A stretch of DNA of 64,000 nt from the human T2T-CHM13v2.0 reference genome, Homo sapiens. Positions 30,001 to 42,456 of this stretch are shown one piece after another (position 1 is the first letter of the stretch; every line of letters begins with the position of its first letter). Made by a program: the position numbers and the translations under genes. Below the pieces are notes generated by a model. It searched no databases, was not told the origin of the DNA, and saw only the letters and a list, made by a program, of their open reading frames with translations. The DNA lies in assembly GCF_009914755.1 (NCBI RefSeq), contig NC_060943.1. The stretch is one strand, 5' to 3'.

Positions 30001-31170
30001 TAGACACATAGACCAAGAGAAAGAAGAAAAACAAATCCATAATTTGGAACCGTTTAGGGCATCCAGGTAGTAGAAATTCAGTCTTCCCCATCACTCGGGG
30101 CATTTGTCGTGGGCCTGAGATTTCTCTGGAACTGTCTCTGTCCTTTAGAAGTAGATAAAAGTTTGGCCATGTTTGGTCACAGAAGTCTTGAGTGCTTTGG
30201 GGAAAAAAATCGTATCATGATGTTGAGGTCTCTCACGTTCCACTTAGGGGCTGTTCCTCAGCACCAGGTCCTGGATAAGAGGTTCCTGCGGGGGCCAGAA
30301 AATTCTAGCTAGTGAGCATCAGGGAGATACGGTGTGTAAAGCATCTCTGTTATGGGTTGAGCTCAAGTTTTCTAGGGTGCTCCTCATACGTGGAGTGTTT
30401 GCAACTCTTCCGAGAAGCACAGAGAGCAATGGCTGCACAGATACAAGGCAGCAGGGTGGCTACTAAAATAACAACAATAGTTAAAATATTAATAGCAACC
30501 TGACCTTTCTTCTCAACCCTGCCCCTGTTTGCCCATCCCTCTCATTCAGCTATTTTACTAAAATAATAATAAAACTTCCTTAAAAAAAGGTTCAGAACAT
30601 GTGAATAATTAGTTATATGTAGAAACATTGCTTAGAAAAACCTGAATACTTGATTCTGAGATCAGAACAGAATTGACTTGGAAATCTGCACAGACAGACA
30701 AGGCAGACAGAGACAAGGTAGGGGGACCGTAGGCCCCTGGGATGAGAAGTTATGACTGGTTCGTTACAGCTAAGGTCAGTGTCCCGACAAGTGGACACTT
30801 TGCACTACGGGAACAGCTATTGCCAGAAGCACTGGGCTCCTTGCAAAGTTGCAGGCGTCTTGCTTCGACTTCACTCCGCCATTCCTTTTACAACTTGCAT
30901 TTTGAAGGCACCTGGTAAGGCTGGGATGAATCTGCTGTCTGAAGGGTGCGACAATGGACTTAACCAGACTTCCAATGTGCAGGCAGTGGCGATGCTTCTG
31001 ACCCAGCTCACGTGGACTTTGGGCTCAGTTTCTAGTACTGGGTCAGCTCTATGGGTGCCCCATCCTGTCATCCCTCCTTCCTTCCATCTAACCTATGGCT
31101 CAAGAACAGGACCCAAGGACATTGCTCCAAATTAATGTCCGGGGCCTTTTTGAGGGTATTTCAGAACTTA

Positions 31171-31551
<381 letters not shown>

Positions 31552-31559
31552 TTAGGCTA

Positions 31560-31730
31560 AGAGTCAGCAGACCCAGGTCTTGGCTTCACTATTGCTGTGG
31601 TATTGGGACACCAAGTAAACCTTGTAAACACTACCTTTCACATAGTACATTACTTAACTGGCCTTACCCATTTGTGATGCCTCCTCATAGAAAGATGTGA
31701 GAATGCAGTGAGATGTTGGCTATAAGGTAT
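31560..31730 (+). mobile_element. MIR relic
   Basis: gagtcagcagacccagg...ttgctgtgg...gatgtgagaatgcagtgagat. Confidence 0.45.
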
Positions 31731-32439
31731 AGGCTGAGCTGCGTGAGACCCTGCAAGTGAAGACTCCAGTGCCAGAGCAAAGGACAGGCTAAGGTCCAGG
31801 AAGAAAAGGAAGTCTTGTGTGCTTGTGGTGTCTCTGAGCTTGCAGCAGTATCTGGTACTAAGTCAGCAGTTAATAAATATTTGTTGAATAAATGAATGAA
31901 CAGACAAGTGTAGGATCCTTATGCTGTTCTAGGAAAGGAAAATGGGGAAGGAGACCTGGAAGGAGGCTAAGTCAGCCTCTGAACAAGCAGAGGCATGCTG
32001 GTGTTTCGAACAGAGAGAAAGTTGTCTACAGAATCATAGAATCATCTGATGGAGAGATAGCAGGCAAATACAACCTCTTATACACATGGAGCGTAGGCCC
32101 ACAGGGCAGAAGGGATTTGTCCAAGGTTGCACATCCAAGACAGAACTTGGGACCAGTTTACCAACTCAGTCTCAGCCCAGCTGTTCTTTATGGGGGTATC
32201 TGAAGAAAATCCTTTTAGCCCCAAGTGTGCAGTCAGGCTGGGATTCAGTGTCAGGCAGTGGTTGGGGTCATGGCAAAGCAGGAAGGGTGTGACTCAGAGA
32301 AGAAAGACACAACGCAGGGAAAGTCACAGCAAGAGACTCCAGTAGAGGCCGGGGAGGGAGTCCAGACTTTGTAGCGGATGGTTTCAGTAATGGGCAGTGG
32401 ATCTTATCTTTGTCAGGGTAGTCAAAAGCATCAGGATTC

Positions 32440-33070
32440 AGTTGCAATGATAATTTTGTTTCTTGCTTGTACTGCAACAGCCTCCATAATGATGCCAGGG
32501 TGTATTCAGTGCCTGGCACATAGTAGGTACTTTACAGATATTTGTTGGATGAATGTCTTGAAGGAATGTCCACTCTCCGGGCGTTCCTGGGGAATCTGGT
32601 CTCCAGGTGTAAGGAGGGCTTGAGACTTGGGTTGCCTTTTCCACTGCTCCTGGCTCTCTGTCCCCATACCCTGTACCATGCAATGATCCTGGGCCATCCT
32701 GGAAGTAGCTCAGTCCCTACAAACTTTCTGTTCTGTCTCTGGAATACCCTCTGAGTTCTCGACTTGTCAAACTTCCACCCATCTCTTAACACTCAGCCGG
32801 ATTGCCAGCTCTTCCAGGAAGCTTTCCTTATTGAATCAGTCTCCACAAGCAGACATTGTCACTTCTGGGGATGCCATGGTCCTTTGAAATGTTGTTTTAA
32901 GGCTCTTAGTGTCTCCTGCCTGGGGACAAAGGAGGGCATATCTAATGATCCTTCTACTTGTTTGTCCTGTCCCATGCCAGAGCACTGAGCAGTGAGCTGA
33001 GATTTAATGAGTATCAGCAGAGGGAACTGCACAAAGTAGGTCTGCAGTGAAAGTCTGTTAACTGAAGGAA
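32440..33070 (+). mobile_element. L2 fragments
   Basis: cagtgcctggcacatagtaggtac...tttgttggatgaatg; cttccaggaagctttcc. Confidence 0.55.
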
Positions 33071-34507
33071 CAAATGTCTTATTGCATTGCTGTCGGAATT
33101 ACATATGGGGAAAGGCAGCAGAGGCAGTTGGGGGAAGGAAATGACATTCCGGAGGTAAAGCAGTAGTAGAGATGGGGGGGTTTGGGCAGCACCTGGGCCT
33201 TCTCAATGCACTGGATGCTCAAGGTCTCCAGGGATACAGGTGAGAGTGATGGTCCGGGGTTGGCCTCGAGTAGATGCTTTTTATGGTGAGCTAGTCGAGT
33301 AGGTGCTTTTTTTAATGATAAGCTAGGTCCACACAGCTACGAGGGGCGAGGGGCACTGTGCCACTATTCTGTGTAACGTGGTGCTGGCATGGCATCCTTC
33401 TGTAATAGGGCACAGGTGACAGTGTCCTGCCCCCATGCACAGCCTCAGCTCCAGAGAAAGGGGCTGGGAGCCCTCTGGGGGAGCTTGGCTCAGCAGTGTG
33501 ATGCTCTTTACAAGAGAGATGATTATGGGCCAAACAGCAAGGTGCTCCTCCCCCTCTACTTTGCTCTCCTTAAATGCCAGAGGAGCGTCTGCAGGTGCTG
33601 ACACACATACCGAGAGACACTGGCGGCCACAATGCCCATCGGCTGTGGGTGTGCCCCTGGGTGTGTGTATTTAAGGGCCCCGTGAGCGGCTTGAGTCATC
33701 AATGATGCTCTTGAATGGCAAATTGGTCAGAGTTCCACAATGGTAATGATCACTCTGCCGGTGACCTTTCTAGTGCATTTACATTTTATCACAACATGCA
33801 CAAGCCACCTATAGGCTTCCCATTGGCTGGGTCATTCCTCATGCACAATAACCCAGCATGCAGGGACGCATCCAGTGTAGATGAGAAAGGGGTAGCTTCT
33901 GACACATCTCACTCTATTGTTGCATGGTAATCTTTAGCACCAAAGGAGACCTTTGAGTTAAGCCCATGTTTTCTTCCCTTTTATTTTTATTTTAAAAAGT
34001 GAAGGCACTCCAATGTGACATGCATCCCTCATGTTAACAGAGCCATAAAGATGAAGCATTGGACTCATTGCTGCTCCCACACATGTATGGAACTAAACCC
34101 ACCTGAGTGGCCCAAAAGGAGAAAGCAAGGGGGTGCCCCAGGGAAGTCCCCGGATCCTGAATTCTTCGGAACTGTTGTACTTTAAGATATTACTTTCCAA
34201 AAAGAGATCACCTTCATGTGTGTGTGAAAGACTGTGTGAGTGTGTTTGGGTGTGGGAACATGAGTGTGTGAACGTGGGGTGTGTGTGTGTGTACATTCTC
34301 ACGCTTGTCATGCAGAAATTCAGCCTGTAAGACCCAAGCAGGACCAGATTCCAGAGACACCCTCAGAAGCCTCACTTCCTGAAGTTTCAGCCCTGTCCCC
34401 ATCAGCCATATGTAATCAATTAGCCATGTACCTCCATTTGCTCATTTACTCATGAATTTTGCATCACTGGAGAAATCGCAGTCCTCTTCAGCTTATAGAA
34501 AATTATT

Positions 34508-35104
34508 AAGACAGTGTGGTGATTCCTCAAAGATCTAGAACCAGAAATACCATTTGACCCAGCAATCCCTTTACTGGGTATATACCCAAAGGAATATAAA
34601 TCATTCTATCATAAAGATACATGTATGTGTATGTTCATTGCATTACTATTCACAATAGCAAAGACATGGAATCAACACAAATGACCGTTAATGATAGACT
34701 GTATAAAGAAAATGTGGCACATATACAGCATGGAATACTATGCAGCCATAAAAAGGAAGGAGATTATGTTCTTTGCAGGGACATGGATGGAGCTGGAAGC
34801 CATTATCCTCAGCAAACTAATGCAGGAACAGAAAACCAAACACCGCATGTTCTCACTTATAAGTGGGAGCTGAACAGTGAGAACACATGGACACAGGGAG
34901 GGGAACAACACACACTGGGGCCTGTCAGGGAGTGGGGTGGGGGGACGGAGAGCATTAGGAAAAATAGCTAATGAATACTGGGCTTAATACCTAGGTGATG
35001 GGTTAACAGGTGCAGCAAACCACCATGGCACATGTTTGCCTATGTAACAAACCTGCACATCCTGCACATGTACCCCCAGAATTAAAAATTAAAAATAAAA
35101 AAAA
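34508..35104 (+). mobile_element. 5'-truncated L1PA (about PA13-PA15)
   Basis: ORF2 C-terminal remnant (IKKMWHIYSMEYYAAIK...) plus 3'UTR and A tail. Confidence 0.93.
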
Positions 35105-35749
35105 GTTTCAAATAAAAGTCATAGAAACGTCAAAAAATAGAAAAAATATAACTGCTGAAGACAGAGAGGAATGCATTAAATAAGAGGCGGAGTGGCTGTC
35201 ACATCCAGGGCTCTGGGACTCTCACTTGGTCCTTGTTGTCTGGGTGAGGTGACTGCGTGGGGACCCATTTCACAGTGGGGGACAGGAGCTCAGGGCTTTT
35301 GGGTCAGTCACTCCTAGGTCTGAGGCTGCAGTCCTCCGGGCACTCTACCGGGGGCGCAAGTAGGCAGCGAGCATGCAGCGAGGAGCCGAGGAGCCGTTCC
35401 AGCCCGTGCGATCCTGTTCAGCTGAATCGTCACTGCTGTTTCCATTTGAGCCTTTAGGTGACAGTGCCAAGAATAAAAATAAGCCCGGCTATTTTCACTC
35501 TTATTTGGTACTTCTTTTTCTTCTTTTTTTTTTTTTCAAATGCCATTGAAATAGAATTCTAATTTTTACTTAAAATATGTCATCTTAATAAATTGCTACA
35601 TTATTGCAAGTTGCTTGATATATTTAAAGACCACCTCTTTTTCCAGAAGAGCTCATTTCCAATAATATAATCACAATCAATAGAAAAACATTATGTTTCT
35701 ATATACAGTATCTGCTCTTTTTTGAGGGCCTATCTGTTCAGATAAAAGA

Positions 35750-36045
35750 AGTATTTATCTATTTATGTATGTATCTATCTTTGCATCTATGTATCTATGT
35801 GTGTAAGTATGAATGTACATATGTATCTATGTATGTATCTATGTATCTGTGTTTGTATGAATGTATGTATATGTCTATGTATGTATGTATGTATCTATCT
35901 GTGTTTGTGTGAACGTATGTCGGTATGTATCTTCTGTGTTTGTATCTATGTATCTGTGTATGTAGGTATCTATATGTATATCTACCTATGTATCTGTCTA
36001 TGTATCCATATAGCTATCTATATTTATATGTATATGTGTGTGGAC
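35750..36045 (+). repeat. Degenerate (TATG/TATC)n low-complexity tract
   Basis: Read directly from the sequence. Confidence 0.9.
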
Positions 36046-36690
36046 TCCTAGGATGTCATAATTTTAAAATAATATGACTTTATATTTTATCTTCAAACAT
36101 CCAAATTGTAGACTTTGCATCAAACGTATTTACACATGAAGTGTCTTAATACGTTTCAAAATAAGTTTCGTGTGATTACCTTCTTTTCCTACAGCAGTTG
36201 TCTGGACTTCTCCAGACATCTGTCCTCTGTTGTTAGCACTCCTTAACCTCAAGGCCAGGAGGAGAAAGGTCTTGGTGACTCATATTCCTCTTAGCCTTGG
36301 TTAACTCTTATCCAGCAAGGGCTTGGTGGAAGTCCATGTTCTGGTGGCTGCATGGGTCAGGGGCAAGGGAGGGATGGTGGCAGATGAGGACGAAATGAAG
36401 TGTTCCTCCCCTTGGAGATGTGTGCAAGTCTAAGTGTGTGGCCCCACCCCACTCCCCCACCTACCAGGGACTTTTAGGATCCAAAGCCAAGATAGCATTC
36501 CCTCCAGAAGTACTCCCAAGCTCACCTTTATGCCAGCTCTTTTTACCAAAGAGGGTAATTTTTTCTAAATAATTTCTTAGATTATTTTAAATCGTTCTTC
36601 TGGGAACAGGTGTTTTCTTGGGATGGGCTTGAGTTCCAACTGACATAGAAGGTTCAGGAGAAGCTGCTTCTAATCCCAGGGTACCCCAGA

Positions 36691-37275
36691 TTCTAGAATT
36701 TCACCAAGATGCAGTGGATGGACTTGGGTCTCACAATCCCAGTCTCACTCCTGGTTCTAGAATCTCAGCAGGATGCCATGGGATGAATGTGGGTCTCACA
36801 ACCCTGGGCTCACTCCTGTGTCTAGAATCTCAGCAAGATGCAATGGATGGATTTGAGTTGCATAACTTCAGGCTCACTCCTGGTTCTAGAATCTCAGCAG
36901 GATGCAGTGGGATGGGTGTGGGTCTCACAACCCCGGGCTCATTCCTGGGTCTAGAATCTCAGCAAGATGCAGTGGATGGACTTGAGTTGCATAACCCCAG
37001 GCTCACTCCTGGTTCTAGACTCTCAGCAGCATGCTGTGGGATGAATGTGGGTCTCACACAACCCCAGGCTTGCTCCTGGTTCTAGACTCTCAGCAGCATG
37101 CTGTGGGATGAATGTGGGTCTCACACAACCCCAGGCTTGCTCCTGGTTCTAGAATCTCAGCAGGAGGCTGTGGGATGAATGTGGGTCTCACAACCCCAGG
37201 CTTGCTCCTGGTTCTAGAATCTCAGCAGGATGATGTGGGATGGACATGAGTCTTGCAAGCCAAGGCTTCTCTTGG
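36691..37275 (+). repeat. Minisatellite of nine 64-67 bp units plus a degenerate tenth
   Basis: Units start at 36691, 36755, 36820, 36884, 36949, 37013, 37080, 37147 and 37212; consensus ttctagaatctcagcaggatgcagtgggatgaatgtgggtctcacaaccccaggctcactcctgg. Confidence 0.95.
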
Positions 37276-37664
37276 TCTTTAAATCTCAGTGAAATACAGT
37301 GGGATTGGTGTCAGAGGCAAGGGCCACGAGTTCTTATCCCAGCAGTGCTACCTCCTGGCTTTCTCATTCAGACCCATGCTTTCTTCGTCAGTACAATAGG
37401 AGTGTACCAAGCTCTCTTCCAGGCTCCCTGTCAGCTCAGAGCTTTGTTGAGGCTCCTTCTGGTGCTGTTTGGGCATTGTTCAGGATTGGAGCGAGAAGGT
37501 TTGACCTGTCATGTAGAGTTTCAGCTTTCTTACCCTGGGTACAGAGTCTCAAACCTACAAAGTGGGTATCAGGGGCTGATTACTTTATGAAAAGGCTCCC
37601 ATCTACCCCCACACCCTACTAATGGGATTAACCATTGAATACTAAATAAGAAGGACCACCACTG

Positions 37665-37895
37665 CCCATATTTACTAAAAGCTCAATATCATCATGCTAA
37701 GTTCTGTTCTTGTCTTGTCTCATGCCCTCCATGAGAACATCCCTCAGTTTCAAGCATGACTTCTCATTCCTGGTTCATGGAAAAGGAAGCCAAGGTTTGG
37801 AGAAGTTAAAACTTCAGGTCACTTGCTTGCAGTGGTGGATACTGGATTCAACCCAGCATTGTCTGACATCATAGCTCATGCTCTGAACCACTACA
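37665..37895 (-). mobile_element. MIR
   Basis: aggaagccaaggtttggagaagttaa...aggtcac...ggattcaacccagc...gctcatgctctgaaccactac. Confidence 0.7.
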
Positions 37896-38279
37896 CAAGC
37901 TGTACAGAATGGAAAATGTTGGCTGTTAAGTCCCTATGTGTTGGGAACCTGGTTTCCTAGCTTTTCTGGCATGGTGGGTTGCATTTCACTTGTTTTTATG
38001 CTGGTCTCCCAGCATAAATTTGACCTCCTTTCATGGGCCTAGACCCTGTTTCCTTCATTGGCTGAGCAGTCAGGAGCTCATCTGGTGAAAGTAAAGTGTT
38101 CGCAGATCTTGCTTCATAAAGACCAGTCCATACTGAGACTCACACACCTCTGAAATGTTCACGTAGGTCAGTGGGGAAATAGAATTTGGATTGCAATAAT
38201 TATTTATCTTGCACAGAGCTCATGAGGACCACACAATGGCAGGGCATGAGGCACATCCTATTTGATCTCAGGTCCTTAA

Positions 38280-38409
38280 CCCATTCATGCCTGAGGTTGC
38301 AATTTTTTGAATTTTTGCAATCAGACCTTGGCGATGACCTTGAGCAGTAGGATACAAATAACTCCCACATGCTTAGCATTCCAATAATGGAACACTAGGC
38401 ATAAATGGG
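38280..38409 (-). mobile_element. MER85 (piggyBac/PGBD3-family MITE)
   Basis: TIRs cccattcatgcc...ggcataaatggg; flanked by TTAA (38276) and CTAA (38410); internal palindrome attccaataatggaac at 38378-38393. Confidence 0.92.
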
Positions 38410-39359
38410 CTAAGGGAGGTAGCTCAAGTGCTGGGATCCCCAGGGATATAGCTCCAGGGGAGACACTTTGGGATACTGAGTATTCTGGCAGGGAAACAAG
38501 GTGAGGGAAAGCAAATTCTAAAAGGGTTGAATTTACTCAGTAAGTAATGTAGACTATGATATTTCAGCCCATGGACGAAGTTGACATACCCATATCTTTG
38601 CCTGAACGACCCATCTGGTCAAATGCCAGGGAAGGAACATCAGTCCTAGGTGTTATGTCTACTCCAGGGAGAACAGAGCCTCTTTACATGGGCACTTACA
38701 GATTAAATGGGAATGGAACTGCATGTTGAATTGCCTGTCTTGAGTCTATTAGACCTAGCTTTTCTGGACTACATTGTAACATGCATCTGCAAACTCTGGA
38801 ACAAGGGTAGGGCTGGCTGGCAGTGTGGGTGGGAATGGTTTTTTTTAGCTAGCTAGCACCAGGGGCAGTGGAGTAGATATTTTTAAACTTGGGGTGGGAT
38901 TGAGGTGACCAGGGGAAGAGGCCCTGGAAATGGTGAGTGATCGGAAAGATCGAACTGTGTATGTCCAGGACAAGTCCACTGAGGGGAGAGAGAGGGCAGC
39001 TGTGGCTGGAGACTCTGGGGAGCAGCCAGGGGGCTAATGGGAGGGCGTTACCCTAAGTAGGGGACTTATCATCGTCTCATCAACCTGGACATTTAAGCAA
39101 AGTAGCCATCAGGGACCCACATCTTCTCAAGATATTTTATTTTCTTAAGAAAAAGGACAAAAGTCCTGAGATGCCTCTATTGCCCCTCCAGCAAACTAAA
39201 AGAGCATAAGCTGTCCGCAGAGTTCTGTGTTGAAGGGTGTCACACAGCAAGGGAGTAGGGGACACCAGTGAGATGTCCCTGAGCCACGGGAAAGAGCTTG
39301 GGGACACTGCTGCCCCCTGTCCCATTTAAAGTTGGATTTCTACCTCACTCTTGAGGCCA

Positions 39360-40030
39360 AAATAAACCCCAGATGTGGCAAGGAGTTAAATGCAAAACAC
39401 AAAATAAACAGAAACACAGGGAGACCTAAAAGAAAATAGAAGTATTTTTATAATTATGGGGAAGGGATACCCTCTCCAACCATAACATCTGAGCCAGAAA
39501 TTCTAAGAGTAAAGGTTGACAGGTTTTACCTTTATTCATTTTACTTCTTCATTTAACACAGTACTGGCAAATTATGCTACTCAATAAATATTTGTTGAAT
39601 GAATTTGACTGCATAAAAATTAAATATTTCTAAGCAGCATGTGTGTATGCACACACACACACACACACACACACTCCCAAACCTAACCATAACATGCAAA
39701 ATACAGTATGACAACAAATGTTTGCTAAATACATGATAGATGAAGGGTTAATATTCCTGGTGCAAAGAAAAACAAAGCCTTTACAAATCAATAAGAAAAA
39801 GACAAATCCTCCAATAGAAAAATGGTCAAAGGACATGAGCAGGCGATTCAGAGAAGAAGAAATACAAATGGTCAATAATCAAAGAACAGTAATGGAAATC
39901 TTTGCAGCCATTAAATGTGTGAGACTGACCTGTATTTACTGACTTGGAAAAATGCCCATGACATATTGTTGAATGAAAGAAGTGGGCTACAAAACAGCAG
40001 GTAGAGTATGATTTCATTTACGGAAAATTA
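39360..40030 (+). mobile_element. L1ME fragments with embedded (CA)n at 39650-39674
   Basis: ORF2-like QINKKKTNPPIEKWSKDMSRRFREEEIQMVN. Confidence 0.75.
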
Positions 40031-40688
40031 TGTGAGAGTATCTTAGTCTACATCTTTTGTGCAAAAATAGAAACATTCTCAAAGTTGCTTAAGCAAAAAA
40101 GAGAATTTGAGGAAGATAAGAGTGCCTCATCATCCCCTTGCAAAGTCAGCAGACATGTGGCATCACCCTTGGGTGGGCTGGGGTCAAGCCCTCGTGGGAG
40201 TCCCTGGGCAGCCAGGCAGCCATTTCTCCATCCCCTATCTCCCTGGCGCCAGAGCATCTCAAAACTCTTTGCCTCCCTCTATTTTTCTGATTCCTTTTTC
40301 CCCTCTTTGCAGGCCACCTGGGTAGTGGGATTTTGGGTAATTTTTATTCATTTAGAAATATATTTCTGTATGGTTTGGGGTTTGTCTTTCTTTCTTTCTT
40401 TCTTCTCTCTCTTTTTTTTTAATGAACGCGTTATTTTTAAATTTGGAAAAAGTCTATATTTTTATTTTTAAAGATAAAAGAAACTCCAGTTGGGAAGTGT
40501 AACTGATAAGGAGTTAATATCCTTAGCATAGAGAATTTTAACAAATCAATAAAGAAAATAATACCACAAGCAAAAGGAAAAATATGGCCACTTAGGAGCT
40601 CTTATTTAGTGAGTGTTTACTAAGTGTGGAGAACTACAAAACTTTGTACACACATTCTCTCTTCAACAGCTTTAAGAGGTAGATACTA

Positions 40689-41180
40689 TTCTTCCCTCCC
40701 TTCCTTCCCTTCTTCTTTCCCTTCCTTCCTTCCTTCTTGCCTGCCTGCCTTTCCTCCCTCCCTCCCTCTATCCCTCCCTCCCTCCTTCCTTCCTTCCTCC
40801 CTCCCACCAGCCTCCTTCCCTATTTTCCTTCCTTCCTTCCTACTTCCTTCTCCCATTCCCTCTCTCCTTTCCTCTCCTCCTTCCTCTCTCCCTCCTTCTC
40901 TCCTCCCTCTTTCCTTCCTTCCTTCCTTCCTTCCTCCCTTCCTTTCTCCCTTCCTCCCTCCCATCCTCTCTCCCTTCCTCCCTCCCACCTTCCCTCCCTT
41001 CCTCCCTCCTCCTGCCCCCCTCTGACCCACTCATCCTCCCACCCTTCCTCCTTCCCTCTCTCCCACCCTTCCTCCTTCCCTCTCTCCAACTCTTCCTCTC
41101 TCCCACCCTTCCTCCCTCCCACCCTCTCTCTGGCCCTCTCACTCTCCTGCCCTGTCTCCCTTCTTTCCATTCTTCCTCCC
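40689..41180 (+). repeat. About 490-bp polypyrimidine (CCTT/CCT)n tract
   Basis: Read directly from the sequence; almost entirely C/T. Confidence 0.95.
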
Positions 41181-41359
41181 ATGAGTACCCACCCACTGAG
41201 CATCTGCTTCTTGTCAGGTATGTTCTGGGCTCCTCGGATTCAGGCTGCTGCCCTCATGGGGTTTGCATGCCTACTCTCCCCATTTTACAGCAAGGAAGCC
41301 TGAGACCTAAAGAAGCTGTGACCTGGGGCGCCATTTCCGATGAGGATGTTATATGATCC

Positions 41360-42160
41360 GCAAAATAAGAACACACAGTTTCCAGAGAAAGAAAAACAAA
41401 TGGCCCATATGCAGATGAAAATATTTTAACCTGACTAGTAATCAAAGAAAAAATTCAAAAGTTGTTTTGGTTTACTGATAGATTGATTTGCTCCTCCAAC
41501 CCAACAACTTATGAGATTGATAACAATGAGTATTGTATATAAGGTTGGGAGAAACCAGACACTCTTAGTCCGCCCAGTAGCTGTTTATATTTATACAAAG
41601 TTGAAGAGTAATTTGGGAAACATGTCAAAAGCCCCCCAAATAAGTGTCTGCCCATTGTTTCAGCAATTCCCTTTTTATGAAATTATTCTCTCTATATATT
41701 ATATTATTATGAGATATGTTAATATTTAATATATTTATTAATATATAATACATTACATATTATATACTAATAAATATTCTATAAATATATGTTATAAATT
41801 TTAATGAATATTATTATAATATATATTTTATGATAATAAATATATATTATAATGATATATGAATGTATACTATATATATGGTATAAGATATATTAAGATA
41901 TGAAATATCTTATATAGTTATATTATCTCATACCTTATATAATAAGATGTATCATCAATAATCTATATTATTAATCTATATATAATATATCTAATGTATA
42001 TTAGATAGCCAAAGATGTTTGACCAAGGATATTCACTGAGACTCAGTTTATAAAGAAAACATTTGGAAACAATTTAAATGTACTTCAGAAAAGAATCTGT
42101 TGAGGAAACTATGACTCCTTTACTGTGGAAGTCTGTAGTTTTTGAAAACGATAGCATAAG
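41360..42160 (+). mobile_element. L1ME fragments with an embedded AT-rich tract (41690-42005)
   Basis: caaatggcccat...gactagtaatcaaagaa...cagcaattcc...caaggatattcactg...tggaaacaatttaaatgt. Confidence 0.6.
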
Positions 42161-42165
42161 TCTGT

Positions 42166-42456
<291 letters not shown>

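Noticed and set aside
33266-33326. Degenerate tandem duplication of about 30 bp (tcgagtag.tgcttttt...agctag)
   Set aside because: Common small duplication at a MIR edge with no functional cue.
35330-35420. CpG-rich patch with a CTCF-like ctaccgggggcgc
   Set aside because: It is too short for a CpG island and misaligns with the CTCF core.
36691-37275. CRISPR-like array or repeat-protein ORF (36714-37085)
   Set aside because: The units are homologous along their whole length with no unique spacers, and the frame is not preserved between units. This is a eukaryotic minisatellite.
40624-41303. Pro/Ser-rich and Gly/Glu/Arg-rich ORFs
   Set aside because: They are translations of the CT-rich low-complexity tract.
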